Positions 16,631 through 27,290 of a stretch of 31,599 bases of DNA are shown here, piece by piece. Numbering within the stretch: position 1 is the stretch's first letter; each line of letters opens with the position of its first letter. A model generated the notes under the pieces. It made no database searches and was not told the origin of the DNA. It saw nothing but the letters and a program-made list of their open reading frames with translations. Origin of the DNA: Phycisphaerales bacterium (GTDB lineage: Bacteria; Planctomycetota; Phycisphaerae; Phycisphaerales; SM1A02); the NCBI GenBank assembly GCA_038318935.1, contig JBBQCR010000001.1, positions 1-31,599 on the forward strand, read 5' to 3'. The translations under genes were made by a program, and so were the position numbers.

Positions 16631-19600
16631 TCAAGTTGAAGGAGCAGCGATCGGCGCGATCTCAGGATCGCCCTTCTCGCTCTGTTGAAGTTTGCGCTCG
16701 GCCCGGTCAATGACCCGGCCGTAGTTGCGTTCCCACCACGTGGGGCCGTCGATGACCTCGACACCGTACTCGGAACGCTGGTGGTTCCCAAGAACGCGAA
16801 GCATCGTGTCACGTGGATACTCGCGGTCGGCAGTGCGGCGAACGTCACGCCACGCGTTTCTCGCCCCTTCGCTGTCGCCCTTCCGCCACAGGGCATCACC
16901 GAGATGATCGATCGGCTCGACGCCTGGATTTGTCCCACCAAGCTTGATCGCCTCGCGAAGGAAGGCGATGGCCTCGTCGAAAGCGCCTTGCTTGTATCGC
17001 AACCAGCCGATCGAATCGAGAATCGCCGCGTCGCCCGGACGGGCTGCGTGTGCTTTCTCCAGCATTCCGGCAACATCCGGCCCGCTCTCACCATGTTCCA
17101 GTCGGTCCCATGCGAGATTGTTCAGGCAACTTGGATGCGATGGATCGACCTCAAGTCCGCGGGTGAGGATCACGTTCGCGCCTTCGCGATCGCCGATCAT
17201 CGCGAACAACCCGGCAAGCTGATACAGGGCGTCCGGCTCGCGCTCGGTCGGCGTCGATTCCTTGGCGAAGGGCCGGCCCCCACGGGCCCGCACCAGTTCC
17301 AGCAGCGCAATTGAGTGCTCGGCTCGAGCGCCCGCCGCTGCGTCGAGGGCGAAGGCGATGCTCGCCAATCGCGTCGCGGTCATGATGTCCATGCGATCGT
17401 CAGCGCGAACGAGGGTGGCGACAAATTCTGCGCCGTCGGCGTATCGACGAGCGTCGGCGAAGTATTGCCCCGCCGCTTGCCAGGCTTGGGCATCGCGCGA
17501 CGTGACACCGGAAGGCGCGCCCATCGCTGCGGATGCGGCTCGTTCGGCGAGCGCCCTCCGACGCGCCGCCCCTTCCGGGCCGGGCGATTCCAGCGTCACC
17601 AGAACCGCTGCGCGGAGGATCACCGCAGGGTCGATGCCCTGGGCGTCCGACCCACCCGGACTTGTCCGTTCCACAATCGCATCACCGAAGCGGATCGTCA
17701 GTCGCGATCTCGCGTCGCCGTCCGCGGGCAAGCGGATCGCCAACTCAAGCGCTGCAAACACATCGCGAAGCGACAGCGAGTCCAGGCGCTCGGCGAGCCC
17801 TTCAAGAATCGGGACTGCCTGAGCTCCGTTGTCCATGGCGATGAACTGCGCGCCCTGGGTCAGGTCGCGGCGCGGGCTGGGTGGCTTCAGGGCCAGCAAC
17901 GCCGTCGCGACCACATCAGCATCCGCCGTGCGATTGAGCGCCCGCAGCGGCAATTCCAGAAGCGGGAACGCGACGGGGTCGTGGATCGGTTGCTCGGAGC
18001 GAGCCATCAGTCGTTCGAGCGCCTCGTTGGGATGGCCGTCAGCGATGGTCGTCTCTGTCCAAAGTTGCCAAACACTCGCGTCAGCGGGTGTCGCTGCGAT
18101 GCGCGCGTCGAGGACCAGCAGCGCCTCGCCGCGCCGATTGCCGGCGATCAGCGTGCGCACCACCGTCCGAAGCAGGTCTGGTTCCGTCAGGTCGGATGCG
18201 GCCCGAGCGAACAGCATGTCGAGGGCGTCCGCGCCGCGACCGACGCTGAAGAGTCGTTCAACTGCAAGTTGGTTCGCAAGCGTTCCCTGCGGATCGGCTT
18301 CGATCGCCTCGCGACGCAGTTGTGCCGCCGTCGCCTTGTCATCGGCGGTGGCGCTGGCACCCTGGGCACGCGCGTCCGCCAACCCCAGAAGTAGTCGCCA
18401 TGCTGGCTGGAACGTGTGATCAACTGCGACCGCGTTCCGAGCGCTCGCAAGCGCATCGCGAAGTGCGTCGGCGGATCCACGACGGGCAGCGATGTCGGCG
18501 AGAGCCTGGGCGTTCAGTGTCTGGGCTCGGGCGCGGATGCTTCTCGAAGTACCCGCCGCTGCGTCGGCTGCCCGCGCTGCATCGCTCGCCCTCGGTCCAT
18601 CGCCGCAGCGGCGCCACGCTCTCGCCAACTCCAGTTGCGTCGCCGCGTCGTTGGCCTCGGCCTGTCGTGCAAGGTCGTAGAGCAGCGCGCCTTCTTCGGC
18701 TTCACCAGCCGTGAAGACCAGCGCCCGAAGGATCGCTCGGCCTGCTGCCGGACCCGTCTTTGAGCCAAGTTCCCAGGCCTCGCCCGTGCGACCGAACGTC
18801 GTTGCCAGACGCATCCGAAAGGCAATGCTCGTCGGTGTCTCCGGTACAGCGCCACTCGCATCAAGGAGCGTCGGGGCGTCGAGTCCGCAACGGATCACCG
18901 CGTCGATCAGGGCCTCCGGATCGGTCGCACATACCTCAAGCAACGACACAGCAACGGTCACCGCTTCCGCTGGTGAAGCCCGCGCCGCTTCGAAGAGGAG
19001 CGCCCGCAACACTTGAGCGTCGGGGTTCGAACGATCGAGCCCATCCAGCAGGATGGCCCGCGCGTCCTTGGGATTGAGCGCCGCAGCGAGCCGAACGAGC
19101 GACGGGTGATGGTCTTGATTCCGATCGAGCGACGCGGCAGCCCAGTCGTTGAACTGCGTGGATCCCGGAGCCACCGCAGCGACCCACCCAACCAGCGTGA
19201 TGAGCTCGTCGCTTGGCAGGCTCTCGGTGTTGAGGACGATCGGTTGCAGCAGATCAAAGGCCTGACCGCTGCGACCGATGGCCAGACGACCCCACACACG
19301 GCGGGCCAGCAGCGGCATGGAAATCGCCGCGCCGCGTGCGGCGGGAGCGCCGTCCCAGGAGATCACGGCATCAGCGATGCGATCGAGCCGCGCTTGGGCG
19401 TCACCGAGCGTGACAAACGTCTCGGCCAACTGCCATGGTTCAACACCCTGTTGCGAACGGCGAACCGACGAGCTCAAGACCTCGACGAGCGCTGCATCGG
19501 CATCGAGTTCCTTGAGCGCACGGGCCACCGAGAGTTCGACAGCATTCTCCGCCTCCGGTCGAAAACCGGCGAACGCATTTCGCCGAGCCTCCGTCCCCAG

Positions 19601-20236
19601 CAGCAGCAGTGGCGCCAACGACACGACCGCTCGGCGCGACTCGCCGCGATTGGCGGCCTGCAGCCCCAACGACAAGAGCGCTTCGGGGCGGGAAGGATCG
19701 GTGTCGAGCAACCGCTGGTACAAGCTGGCGGACTTCTGTTGATTGCCAGCACGGGCGTAGGCGCGGGCAAGCTCGCCGAGAATCTCCGGTGAGCCGGGAT
19801 CGAGGGCGAGCGCCGCTTCCAGTTTCGAAATCGCGACGAGCGTCTTGCCGTCGAGATTCGCCGCCTTGCCTTCAACGTATTGTTTGAGTGCCTGCAGGCG
19901 AGCGTCGCGATCGGCAGGTGGCGATGACGCCTGGATGCCTCCCGCGATCGGGCCGATTTCCTCGCGGATGCGGGAGTACACCTCTGCCAGGGAGAGTTGC
20001 GAGAGCGGACCTCGCGATGGATCGAAGACGCCTGGGAGGAGGAGCGGCGGCGGAGCGACGACACTGTCGGCAGCCTCCGGGGGGGACGCCTGAACGGCTC
20101 TTGCCGCGACGAGCACTGCCGACGATTTTTCCGTCGCGGCGAACAGCACTCCGCCGTTGAGTATCACAAGCCCCAACAGCGCCGACGGGCGGCGCTCGCC
20201 TCGAGTTCCGCTTGGAACCCGACGCGACGGCCTCAC
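16631..20236 (-). CDS. Large tetratricopeptide-repeat protein, probably exported or membrane-anchored
   Basis: N-terminal hydrophobic stretch LLGLVILNGGVLFAA. TPR-type repeats (LEAALALDPGSPE, LNNLAW, ILDSIGWLRYKQG, DHLGDALWRKGD). GTGA overlap at 20233-20236. Confidence 0.75.
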   Translation of the reverse strand: MRPSRRVPSGTRGERRPSALLGLVILNGGVLFAATEKSSAVLVAARAVQASPPEAADSVVAPPPLLLPGVFDPSRGPLSQLSLAEVYSRIREEIGPIAGGIQASSPPADRDARLQALKQYVEGKAANLDGKTLVAISKLEAALALDPGSPEILGELARAYARAGNQQKSASLYQRLLDTDPSRPEALLSLGLQAANRGESRRAVVSLAPLLLLGTEARRNAFAGFRPEAENAVELSVARALKELDADAALVEVLSSSVRRSQQGVEPWQLAETFVTLGDAQARLDRIADAVISWDGAPAARGAAISMPLLARRVWGRLAIGRSGQAFDLLQPIVLNTESLPSDELITLVGWVAAVAPGSTQFNDWAAASLDRNQDHHPSLVRLAAALNPKDARAILLDGLDRSNPDAQVLRALLFEAARASPAEAVTVAVSLLEVCATDPEALIDAVIRCGLDAPTLLDASGAVPETPTSIAFRMRLATTFGRTGEAWELGSKTGPAAGRAILRALVFTAGEAEEGALLYDLARQAEANDAATQLELARAWRRCGDGPRASDAARAADAAAGTSRSIRARAQTLNAQALADIAARRGSADALRDALASARNAVAVDHTFQPAWRLLLGLADARAQGASATADDKATAAQLRREAIEADPQGTLANQLAVERLFSVGRGADALDMLFARAASDLTEPDLLRTVVRTLIAGNRRGEALLVLDARIAATPADASVWQLWTETTIADGHPNEALERLMARSEQPIHDPVAFPLLELPLRALNRTADADVVATALLALKPPSPRRDLTQGAQFIAMDNGAQAVPILEGLAERLDSLSLRDVFAALELAIRLPADGDARSRLTIRFGDAIVERTSPGGSDAQGIDPAVILRAAVLVTLESPGPEGAARRRALAERAASAAMGAPSGVTSRDAQAWQAAGQYFADARRYADGAEFVATLVRADDRMDIMTATRLASIAFALDAAAGARAEHSIALLELVRARGGRPFAKESTPTEREPDALYQLAGLFAMIGDREGANVILTRGLEVDPSHPSCLNNLAWDRLEHGESGPDVAGMLEKAHAARPGDAAILDSIGWLRYKQGAFDEAIAFLREAIKLGGTNPGVEPIDHLGDALWRKGDSEGARNAWRDVRRTADREYPRDTMLRVLGNHQRSEYGVEVIDGPTWWERNYGRVIDRAERKLQQSEKGDPEIAPIAAPST

Positions 20237-21549
20237 TTCTTGGAACCCTTCTTGACCGACTTCGAGGTCCCCTTTGTGGCTGGCTTGGCCACCAGCTTCG
20301 CCGCAGTTTTGCCAGCGGGCTTTCCTGCGGCTCGGGTTCCCGATTTCGCGACGGCCCGAGCCTTTGGGCTACTGGCGTGTGACTTGTTGGCGTTAGATCC
20401 CGTTGAGGTCTTCGCTGATGGTTTGGTTGTTGGCTTGGCTGCTGGTTTGGCTGTTGGCTTCGGGAGCGCGCCATGTCCGCTCTTCTTGGCAACGGTGTTC
20501 GCGTGCTTCTCCAACACCTTCGTCCCGGGCTTCGCTGCGGACTTCGTCTCCGCCTTCACCGGCGGCTTGCCTGCATTCTTTGCTGCGGCCTTCGCGTCGG
20601 CGATTGTCTTCAAGGCCTTCGCGTCCCGCGCCGCAATCTTGGCCGCGGCCAGCGCCACCTGCTGCGCTGCGGCCTGCGCGGCTTGCTGAGCCACCTGTCG
20701 CGCGGCCTTGGCTTCCGCTCGTGCAGCAGCCTTGGCCGCCACCTTTGCGGCCTCCGCTCGCTCGGCCTCGAGCTTCGCCGCTGCTTCAGCGGCCTTCGCA
20801 GCAGCTTCAGCCGCCTTCTCTGCCTCGCGCCGCGCGGCGCGATCGGCCGACTGCTGGGCGGCCAGTCGCGCCTGCTTGAGCTTCTGCATCGCCTTGGGAT
20901 CTTTCTCCCAGACCGAGTCGGCGAAGCCAACGAGTGCGTGATGGACCTTCAGGGCGTCTTCGATAGTGTTGTGCTGCTTGGTGAGGGCGTGCGCAAGATC
21001 CGCCGTCGGTGTTTCCTTCGCGACGAACTTGCTGTCGCGGAAGATGTCCGCAAGCTGATCGTCGACCGGAATGACAGCGTGCCCGAAGTGGAACAGCAGG
21101 ATGCGGGCCGCGACGAACGGCAACATGCCGTCGAGATTTTCGACGTACGTGCGCTGCTCGCGCTTTCCCATGGCGCTGACGTGGTCGAGGCTGACTTTGT
21201 GCTCGCGCTTGTAGAGATCGTTCAACGAGCGGCGCATTCGGTTCGACCGTTCGTCGACGAAGGGGTACCGCAAGCCGATGATGGCGATGATCTCTTCCGG
21301 CAGGTCGACGCGCAACTCGTTGAAGTCGACACATTCCTTGCGGATGCGTTCGATCGCCGAGACCGCTTGCGATGTCGACGCCTCCCAGAGCAGAAAGCTC
21401 TGGACCAGCGTCGCGATCGGATCGGTCGGCGCTTCGGGAGCGCTGGCGGGTGCGTATCGCTTCAGGATCGGCGCGAGCTTCGTAGCGGACAGCGTCGTCG
21501 CAGAGGCGTCAGTCTTCACAGTGGTGTTCCCTCGAAAGGGCTCCTGCAT
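20233..21549 (-). CDS. HhH-GPD/endonuclease III-like domain fused to an Ala/Lys-rich coiled coil and a histone-H1-like basic tail
   Basis: DPIATLVQSFL, DFNELRV and LDGMLPFVAARILLFHFGHAVIPVD align with the Nth HhH-GPD motif. There is no FeS Cys motif. The roughly 215-aa tail has AEAAAK and KPAAK repeats. Confidence 0.7.
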   Translation of the reverse strand: MQEPFRGNTTVKTDASATTLSATKLAPILKRYAPASAPEAPTDPIATLVQSFLLWEASTSQAVSAIERIRKECVDFNELRVDLPEEIIAIIGLRYPFVDERSNRMRRSLNDLYKREHKVSLDHVSAMGKREQRTYVENLDGMLPFVAARILLFHFGHAVIPVDDQLADIFRDSKFVAKETPTADLAHALTKQHNTIEDALKVHHALVGFADSVWEKDPKAMQKLKQARLAAQQSADRAARREAEKAAEAAAKAAEAAAKLEAERAEAAKVAAKAAARAEAKAARQVAQQAAQAAAQQVALAAAKIAARDAKALKTIADAKAAAKNAGKPPVKAETKSAAKPGTKVLEKHANTVAKKSGHGALPKPTAKPAAKPTTKPSAKTSTGSNANKSHASSPKARAVAKSGTRAAGKPAGKTAAKLVAKPATKGTSKSVKKGSKK

Positions 21550-21561
21550 TCTCGTCTGGGG

Positions 21562-22092
21562 CTACGCCGTCGTGGGCGAAAACCCGTCGGTGTGTGGAAT
21601 CTTCTCGCCGTGGTCGTCGCCCCGGTCGTCGTAGCTGTCGTCGGCGGCGTCGTCGCTGGCCACCTCGGGCTGATCCGTCTGAGCGACCTGCTGCAGCGCG
21701 CTGTAGAGCGCCGCTTCACGTTTCATCGAATCGTCAATCTCAAAGACCAGGCGCGGCACGCGCCGCAATCGCGTGGCCTTGCGCACGACTCCCTCCAGGT
21801 GCCGGGTGCCGGACACGAGTCCCGAGAGGGTGAGTCGTCCCCGGTCGGCGGGCAGCACGCTGATCCGCACGCGGGCGTGCGTCGCATCGGGCGAGAGGTC
21901 GACACCAACGATCGACACCATTCCCTGCACGCGGGGATCGTTCATTCCGCGCAGAAGTCGCTCCTGCAGGACCCGCAGGATCAGCGAAGCGATCTGGGCG
22001 TTTCGCGACGAGGGCGCACCGCCGCGCTCGGCCCCGTCAAGGGCCGCCGAGAGCGATGAGGCGGGATGCGGTCGTCGTGGATCCTCGGTCAT
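21562..22092 (-). CDS. rbfA: Ribosome-binding factor A
   Basis: DPRVQGMVSIVGVDLSPD...ARVRIS, LRRVPRLVFEIDDS; located directly after infB. Confidence 0.95.
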   Translation of the reverse strand: MTEDPRRPHPASSLSAALDGAERGGAPSSRNAQIASLILRVLQERLLRGMNDPRVQGMVSIVGVDLSPDATHARVRISVLPADRGRLTLSGLVSGTRHLEGVVRKATRLRRVPRLVFEIDDSMKREAALYSALQQVAQTDQPEVASDDAADDSYDDRGDDHGEKIPHTDGFSPTTA

Positions 22093-22173
22093 GGAATATT
22101 CAACGTGATCCGAACAGGAAGCTGTGCGACGCTCATTGGCTACGGACGAGTGTTTGCGGTCCGGTCAGATATC

Positions 22174-25100
22174 TCAGAGATTGCGGGCCACACTGATCGT
22201 CCTGTAGCACTCGAGAACGTCGCCAACCTTGATGTCGTCGTAGCCGACGATCTTCATGCCGCACTCCTGGCCGGCGCGAACGTCCTTCGCGTCGTCCTTG
22301 AATCGCTTGAGCTGCTCGAGACGGCGATCCTTCTCGATGACGATGCCGCCGCGCGTGACACGGATCTGTGCGTTGCGCTCGATGGTGCCGTCCAGCACGT
22401 AGCAACCGGCGATCATGCCGACCTTCGAAATCCTGAACGCTTGCCGCACTTCGGCGTGTCCGAGCACTTCGAGCTTGAGCTCGGGGGCAAGGAGACCGGA
22501 CGCGGCCTTCGTGACGTCGTCGGTCAGGTCGTAGATGACGTCGTACAGGCGGATCTCGATGCCCTTCGCCTCTGCGAGGTTACGAGCCTTCGAACTGCTG
22601 GTGACGTTGAAGCCCACGATGATCGACTTGGTTGCTTCGGCGAGTGCGATGTCGCTCTCGTTGATGCCACCGACCGCACAGTGCCGCACGCCGACCGCGA
22701 CCTCGTCGGTTGAGATCTTCTGAAGAACAGCCCGCAAGGTCTCGACCGATCCCTGCACATCGCCCTTGACCACCAGCGAGAGTTCCTTGCGCTGACCCTT
22801 CTCGAGGTGGGCAAAGATGTTGTCGAGTGTGATCTTCGGGGCCGCGAGCTCACGCTCGCGGTCGAGACGACGACGTTCTTCAGCAGCCTGTTCCGCTGCC
22901 TTCAGCGAATCGACGACGTAGAACTTGTCGCCCGCGTCAGGAAGCTGATCGATGCCGGAGATCGCGACGGGCGTCGAGGGAATCGCTTCCTGACCGCGGA
23001 CACCGCGATCAGTCACGATGTCGCGCACACGACCGAAGCCGCGACCAACCACGATGAAGTCGCCCTTCTTGAGGGTGCCTTCCTGGACGACGACGTTGGC
23101 CACGGGGCCACGACCCTCTTCCATCTTGGCTTCCAGCACCGTTCCGCGAGCGGCACCACCGAAGTCGGCGGTCAGCCCGAGCAGATCGGCCTGATAGTCC
23201 AGAATGTCGATGAGATCCTGAATGCCCTCGCCCTTGGTGGCGCTGGTACGGATCACTTCGGTCGTGCCGCCCCACTCGGTGGGATTGAGTTCGTGCTCGG
23301 CAAGCTGTCCGAGAATGCGACGGATGTTGGATTCGGTCGCCTCGGGCTTGTCGATCTTGTTGAGCGCCACCACGATCGGGACGCCGGCGGCCTTCGCGTG
23401 GTTGATGCTCTCGACAGTCTGCGGCATCACGCCGTCGTCGGCGGCGATGACGAGCACCACGATGTCGGTCACCTTGGCGCCGCGGGCACGCATGTTGGTG
23501 AAGGCCTCGTGGCCGGGAGTATCGATGAAGGTGACGACGCGATCGCGCTCGCCGGTCTTCACCGGTACCTGGAAAGCGCTGGTGGCCTGGGTGATGCCGC
23601 CCGCTTCGCCCGACGCCACGTTGGCGTTGCGAATCTTGTCAAGAAGACTCGTCTTGCCGTGATCGACGTGACCGAGGATGGTCACCACCGGAGCACGCGG
23701 ACGGACATCCACCTTCTCGCGATCGGTGAACCGGGCTTCGATGATCTCGGCTGCGGACTTCGACTCGACGACAAGCAGCTCGATGTCGAACTCGAACATG
23801 ATCTCCATCGCCCGCTCGCTGTCGATCGCGGAGTTGATGGTCGCGACTGTGCCGGAGAGGAACAGCTTGCGGAGGATGTCGACGGCCTTGACGCCGGTCG
23901 CTGCGGAAAGCTCCTTGATGGTGATCGGCTCACTGACGCGGATCGGCTCGTGCTCCGGCTGACCGCCACGCTGCGCGGGCTGCGACTTGCGCTGACTCTC
24001 GCGGCGATGGTCCTTGAAGAAGCCGCCGGAGCGCGACAGTCGATCCGATCGCTCGCGCAGATCCTGATCGCGCCACGGTTCGCCGGGCACCGCAGGCCCA
24101 CCGGTCGCGGGACCGCCGCCTGCTCGGGCGAGTCGCCCACTTCGACCGGTCTCGTCACGTCGACCGCCACGGCCAGCCGCAGCCCCGCCACGACGATCGT
24201 CAGGCCGACCTGCGCCACTTGCGCCGCCGACGCGACCGACCCGCATCGGACCGCCGGTGCCGCCGGTCGCGCTGCGCGGACGCGGCGCGGGCAACTGCTC
24301 GGGCGCTTCGATGCGAATGACCTTGGGGCCCGACATCGCAGACTTGATGGGCGACTGGAGCTTCGGACCTGCGGCAATCACATTGTCTGGGCGCTTCGGA
24401 ACGTTCATCACCGGCGGGCCACCCGCGCCGGAGTCGTCGCCGGAACTGCTGTCGCGGCTACCAGCGTCGGTGCGTGGATCCGTCTGCGGACCGGTCCGCG
24501 CCGGCGGACGGGCGGTGCCGCGATCGCGCGATGGCGGTCCAGCCGAGGCACTCGCGGCGACGCCGGGTCGGTGCGACGGGGTTGCCGGTCGGGCAGGAGC
24601 CGCTGGAGTCGCCGCAGGCTTGTTCATCGCCGAGGGAATCGGTGAGGGAACACCGGGCGCGCGGGCAGGGCGAACCGGAGCGTCGGTCTTGGTGGCGGTC
24701 GGGTCAGCCGCCGGTGCGTGCGGCTGCTTGCTCGGAGCATGCGGCGTGGCCGCAGCGGTCTCTGCCCGCAAGCCGCCGTCAGACCTTGGGCCAGACTTGG
24801 TGTCGTGTTGGGAATCGCGCTGGCTCTGATCTGCCTTCGGAGTTGGCGTCGCCTCGGTGCGCGCCGTTGGCTTGTGATCAACAGCGCCCGAGCGCTCGTG
24901 CGCCTTGGTGTCCGCCGAGCGATCCGCCGGGCGATCCGCTTGGTGCTCGGACCGTCCCGCATGCGTGTCTCGCTTTGCGCCGAGTCCGTGCTCGACGCCG
25001 CGATCGTGGGCGTGTTCGGCCATCACGTCACGCTTCGATTCGTGCGGCGGATGTCCGAACTCCGAGTGCGTGGCCGTCTTCGCTGCTGGCGTGGCGGTCT

Positions 25101-25545
25101 CGCGGGTCGGATGGTCGACCTTGTTCTCGTGACCTGCTGCGGTGCTGGTTGTGGCGGCCGCGTCGACCGGCTTCTTCGCAGCTTTCCGCGCGATGCGCGG
25201 TGCCTCTTCCGTGGTGACGTCGCTGCCAGCGTGCGATCCAGTTTGCCCGGATTGGGCGTGCCCAGCCCGGGCTGCAGGCTGAGTAGACGCGCGGCTCTCT
25301 TGCGCTTCGGCGTGTCCCTCCGCGTGATGCTCGTGCCCGTGCGCGTGCTCAGCACCGGACGCGACCGCGTGACCGCTGAACCACTCGCGAATGGTCTGGG
25401 CCAGACCAATCGAGACGGGCGAGAGGTGCGTGGTGATGTCGGGGATCTCCTCCACCTGACACTTAGCCACGATGTCCTTCGAATTGACGCCGAGCTCCTT
25501 CGCGAGCTGGTGGACCTTCAAGGCGGCCTTCTTCGTCGTCGTCAA
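22174..25545 (-). CDS. infB: Translation initiation factor IF-2 with a long low-complexity N-terminal region
   Basis: [11 protein letters not shown]-domain, [32 protein letters not shown] start with GGAG RBS. Confidence 0.98.
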   Translation of the reverse strand: MTTTKKAALKVHQLAKELGVNSKDIVAKCQVEEIPDITTHLSPVSIGLAQTIREWFSGHAVASGAEHAHGHEHHAEGHAEAQESRASTQPAARAGHAQSGQTGSHAGSDVTTEEAPRIARKAAKKPVDAAATTSTAAGHENKVDHPTRETATPAAKTATHSEFGHPPHESKRDVMAEHAHDRGVEHGLGAKRDTHAGRSEHQADRPADRSADTKAHERSGAVDHKPTARTEATPTPKADQSQRDSQHDTKSGPRSDGGLRAETAAATPHAPSKQPHAPAADPTATKTDAPVRPARAPGVPSPIPSAMNKPAATPAAPARPATPSHRPGVAASASAGPPSRDRGTARPPARTGPQTDPRTDAGSRDSSSGDDSGAGGPPVMNVPKRPDNVIAAGPKLQSPIKSAMSGPKVIRIEAPEQLPAPRPRSATGGTGGPMRVGRVGGASGAGRPDDRRGGAAAGRGGRRDETGRSGRLARAGGGPATGGPAVPGEPWRDQDLRERSDRLSRSGGFFKDHRRESQRKSQPAQRGGQPEHEPIRVSEPITIKELSAATGVKAVDILRKLFLSGTVATINSAIDSERAMEIMFEFDIELLVVESKSAAEIIEARFTDREKVDVRPRAPVVTILGHVDHGKTSLLDKIRNANVASGEAGGITQATSAFQVPVKTGERDRVVTFIDTPGHEAFTNMRARGAKVTDIVVLVIAADDGVMPQTVESINHAKAAGVPIVVALNKIDKPEATESNIRRILGQLAEHELNPTEWGGTTEVIRTSATKGEGIQDLIDILDYQADLLGLTADFGGAARGTVLEAKMEEGRGPVANVVVQEGTLKKGDFIVVGRGFGRVRDIVTDRGVRGQEAIPSTPVAISGIDQLPDAGDKFYVVDSLKAAEQAAEERRRLDRERELAAPKITLDNIFAHLEKGQRKELSLVVKGDVQGSVETLRAVLQKISTDEVAVGVRHCAVGGINESDIALAEATKSIIVGFNVTSSSKARNLAEAKGIEIRLYDVIYDLTDDVTKAASGLLAPELKLEVLGHAEVRQAFRISKVGMIAGCYVLDGTIERNAQIRVTRGGIVIEKDRRLEQLKRFKDDAKDVRAGQECGMKIVGYDDIKVGDVLECYRTISVARNL

Positions 25546-25674
25546 GCGTTGCTCCTAGCCCGATGCGTGCGGTGCAAGACCCTCGGGTCGTCTGCTGCCT
25601 CACGCCTGATGCCCGTCATGAATACGTTCCGAATCCTGCTCATCCACCCCCGAGCTGTTGCTTGGGGTCCTCTT

Positions 25675-25707
25675 CCGATCATCTGATCATCCGATCATCC
25701 GATCATC
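25675..25707. repeat. Four 8-bp tandem units c(c/t)gatcat immediately after the nusA stop
   Basis: ccgatcat ctgatcat ccgatcat ccgatcat c. Confidence 0.9.
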
Positions 25708-25712
25708 GCTGG

Positions 25713-27098
25713 CTACGGCTTCCCACCGCCCAAGATGTTGTCCGCGGCCGCTTCCGCAGCGGCGTCCGGCACCACCGCAGAGGCTCGCGCCGAATAGCCA
25801 CCCGAGGTGCCACTCGAAGTGCTGCTCGAACCACCAGCCCCGCCCAGAATGCTGTCCGTCGCCGCCCGATCTTCGGCCGCCCTCGCGTCCGACACCAGCT
25901 TGTCGCGGGCCTGCTGCTCCGCGACTTCCTTCGACCGCTCGGAACACGTCGCGACGACGCGGTCCGCGAGTTCTTCGCTCATCTCCAGTTCCTGCACCAA
26001 CACCGGCGTGCCGACTTCTTCGATGTCGAAGACGCTGATCATGCCCAGTGCGCCCATGCGATCGAGCATCTCGTCGGTGATGCCCTCGACCGAACGCACG
26101 GTGCTCTCGAGGATCTCAAGACCCTTCGCGAACTCCGCTGGCGTGAGGATGTCGATGTCCCAACCGGTGAGTCGCGCGGCCAGGCGCACGTTCTGGCCTC
26201 GTCGACCGATCGCCAGCGACAACTGATCGTCGCGGACGATGATCGTCGAGCGGCCGAGTTCGAAGCACAACGAAACTTCCTCAACCTCCGCCGGCTTCAA
26301 TGCGTTGGCGATGAGAATCTGGCTCGACTCGTTCCAGCGAACGATGTCGATCTTCTCGCCACCGAGTTCATCGACGATGTTTCGGATGCGGCTGCCGCGC
26401 ACACCGACGCACGCGCCGACGGCATCGACCTTGGAGTCGAGCGACGACACGGCGAGCTTGGTTCGGAACCCGGGCTCGCGAGCCATGGCCTTGATCTCGA
26501 TCACCCGCTCGGCAACTTCAGGCACTTCCGTCTCGAAGAGCTTGCGAATGAAGTCTGGATGCGAGCGTGAGAGGACGATCTTGACCTGATTGATCGCGTC
26601 ACGGACGTCGAGGATCAGGCATCGGACACGATCGCCGGGCTGGAACTGCTCGCCGGGAATCTGTTCCGAGCGGGGCATGAAGCCTTCCGCACGTTCAATC
26701 TGGACGACCAGCGCGCCACCCTCGTAGCGCTGTGCCACGCCAGTGACCAACTCGCCCTGTCGCTTCGCGAATTCATCGAGGAGGCTGTTGCGCTCGTCCT
26801 CGCGGAATCGTTGGATCATCACCTGCTTGGCGGTCTGAGCGGGAATGCGGCCGAGCTTCTCAAGTCCGATCTCCTCGCGTTCGACATCCTCGCCGTTCTC
26901 CCCCTCAACATTGCGCCACAGGATTATCTTGCCGCTGATGCGATCCATCTCGCAACCGAACTCTTCGGTATCGAGCGAGTTGAAGTGCTTGCGGGCCGCG
27001 CTGATCATCGCCTGCTCAAGATCGTGGATCAGGAGTTCGCGATCGATGTTCCGGTCGCGGGCGATCGAATCGAGGATGCGGAGGGTTTCGGAGTTCAT
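25713..27098 (-). CDS. nusA: Transcription termination/antitermination factor NusA
   Basis: [69 protein letters not shown]. Confidence 0.98.
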   Translation of the reverse strand: MNSETLRILDSIARDRNIDRELLIHDLEQAMISAARKHFNSLDTEEFGCEMDRISGKIILWRNVEGENGEDVEREEIGLEKLGRIPAQTAKQVMIQRFREDERNSLLDEFAKRQGELVTGVAQRYEGGALVVQIERAEGFMPRSEQIPGEQFQPGDRVRCLILDVRDAINQVKIVLSRSHPDFIRKLFETEVPEVAERVIEIKAMAREPGFRTKLAVSSLDSKVDAVGACVGVRGSRIRNIVDELGGEKIDIVRWNESSQILIANALKPAEVEEVSLCFELGRSTIIVRDDQLSLAIGRRGQNVRLAARLTGWDIDILTPAEFAKGLEILESTVRSVEGITDEMLDRMGALGMISVFDIEEVGTPVLVQELEMSEELADRVVATCSERSKEVAEQQARDKLVSDARAAEDRAATDSILGGAGGSSSTSSGTSGGYSARASAVVPDAAAEAAADNILGGGKP

Positions 27099-27181
27099 GG
27101 CGGCGTCAGGGAGGAGATGTCGGAAGGAAAGAAGATGTCAGGATGTTCAAACGGAGTCGAGAGCCCGAGTCGTGCAAGCTT

Positions 27182-27225
27182 GGTCCGGCAAACCCGGTCC
27201 GGCAAACCCGGTCCGGCAAACCCGG
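27182..27225. repeat. Three perfect 14-bp tandem units (ggtccggcaaaccc) in the nusA 5' region
   Basis: Exact copies at 27182, 27196 and 27210, plus a trailing gg. Confidence 0.95.
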
Positions 27226-27240
27226 CGGTCACTGGCACTC

Positions 27241-27290
27241 AGAAAAAGGCACAGGCCACGCGAACTGGCGTAGCCCGCGTGGCCTGCTTT
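27241..27290 (-). terminator. Putative intrinsic terminator or attenuator upstream of nusA
   Basis: An 11-bp perfect stem (27252-27262 with 27276-27286) is followed on the minus strand by UGCCUUUUUCU. It lies about 140 nt before the nusA ATG. Confidence 0.6.

Noticed and set aside
20473-24645. Long plus-strand ORFs (20473-22059, 22807-24645), and similar ones such as 10380-11948, 13427-14611, 17315-18394 and 25563-26570
   Set aside because: These are antisense shadows of well-supported genes, with no RBS and no family motifs.
27182-27225. 14-bp repeats as a CRISPR array, or GGCAAACC as the start of a c-di-GMP-I riboswitch
   Set aside because: There are no spacers and no cas genes. The downstream GNRA stem and GGGACGCAAAGC-type elements of the riboswitch are absent.
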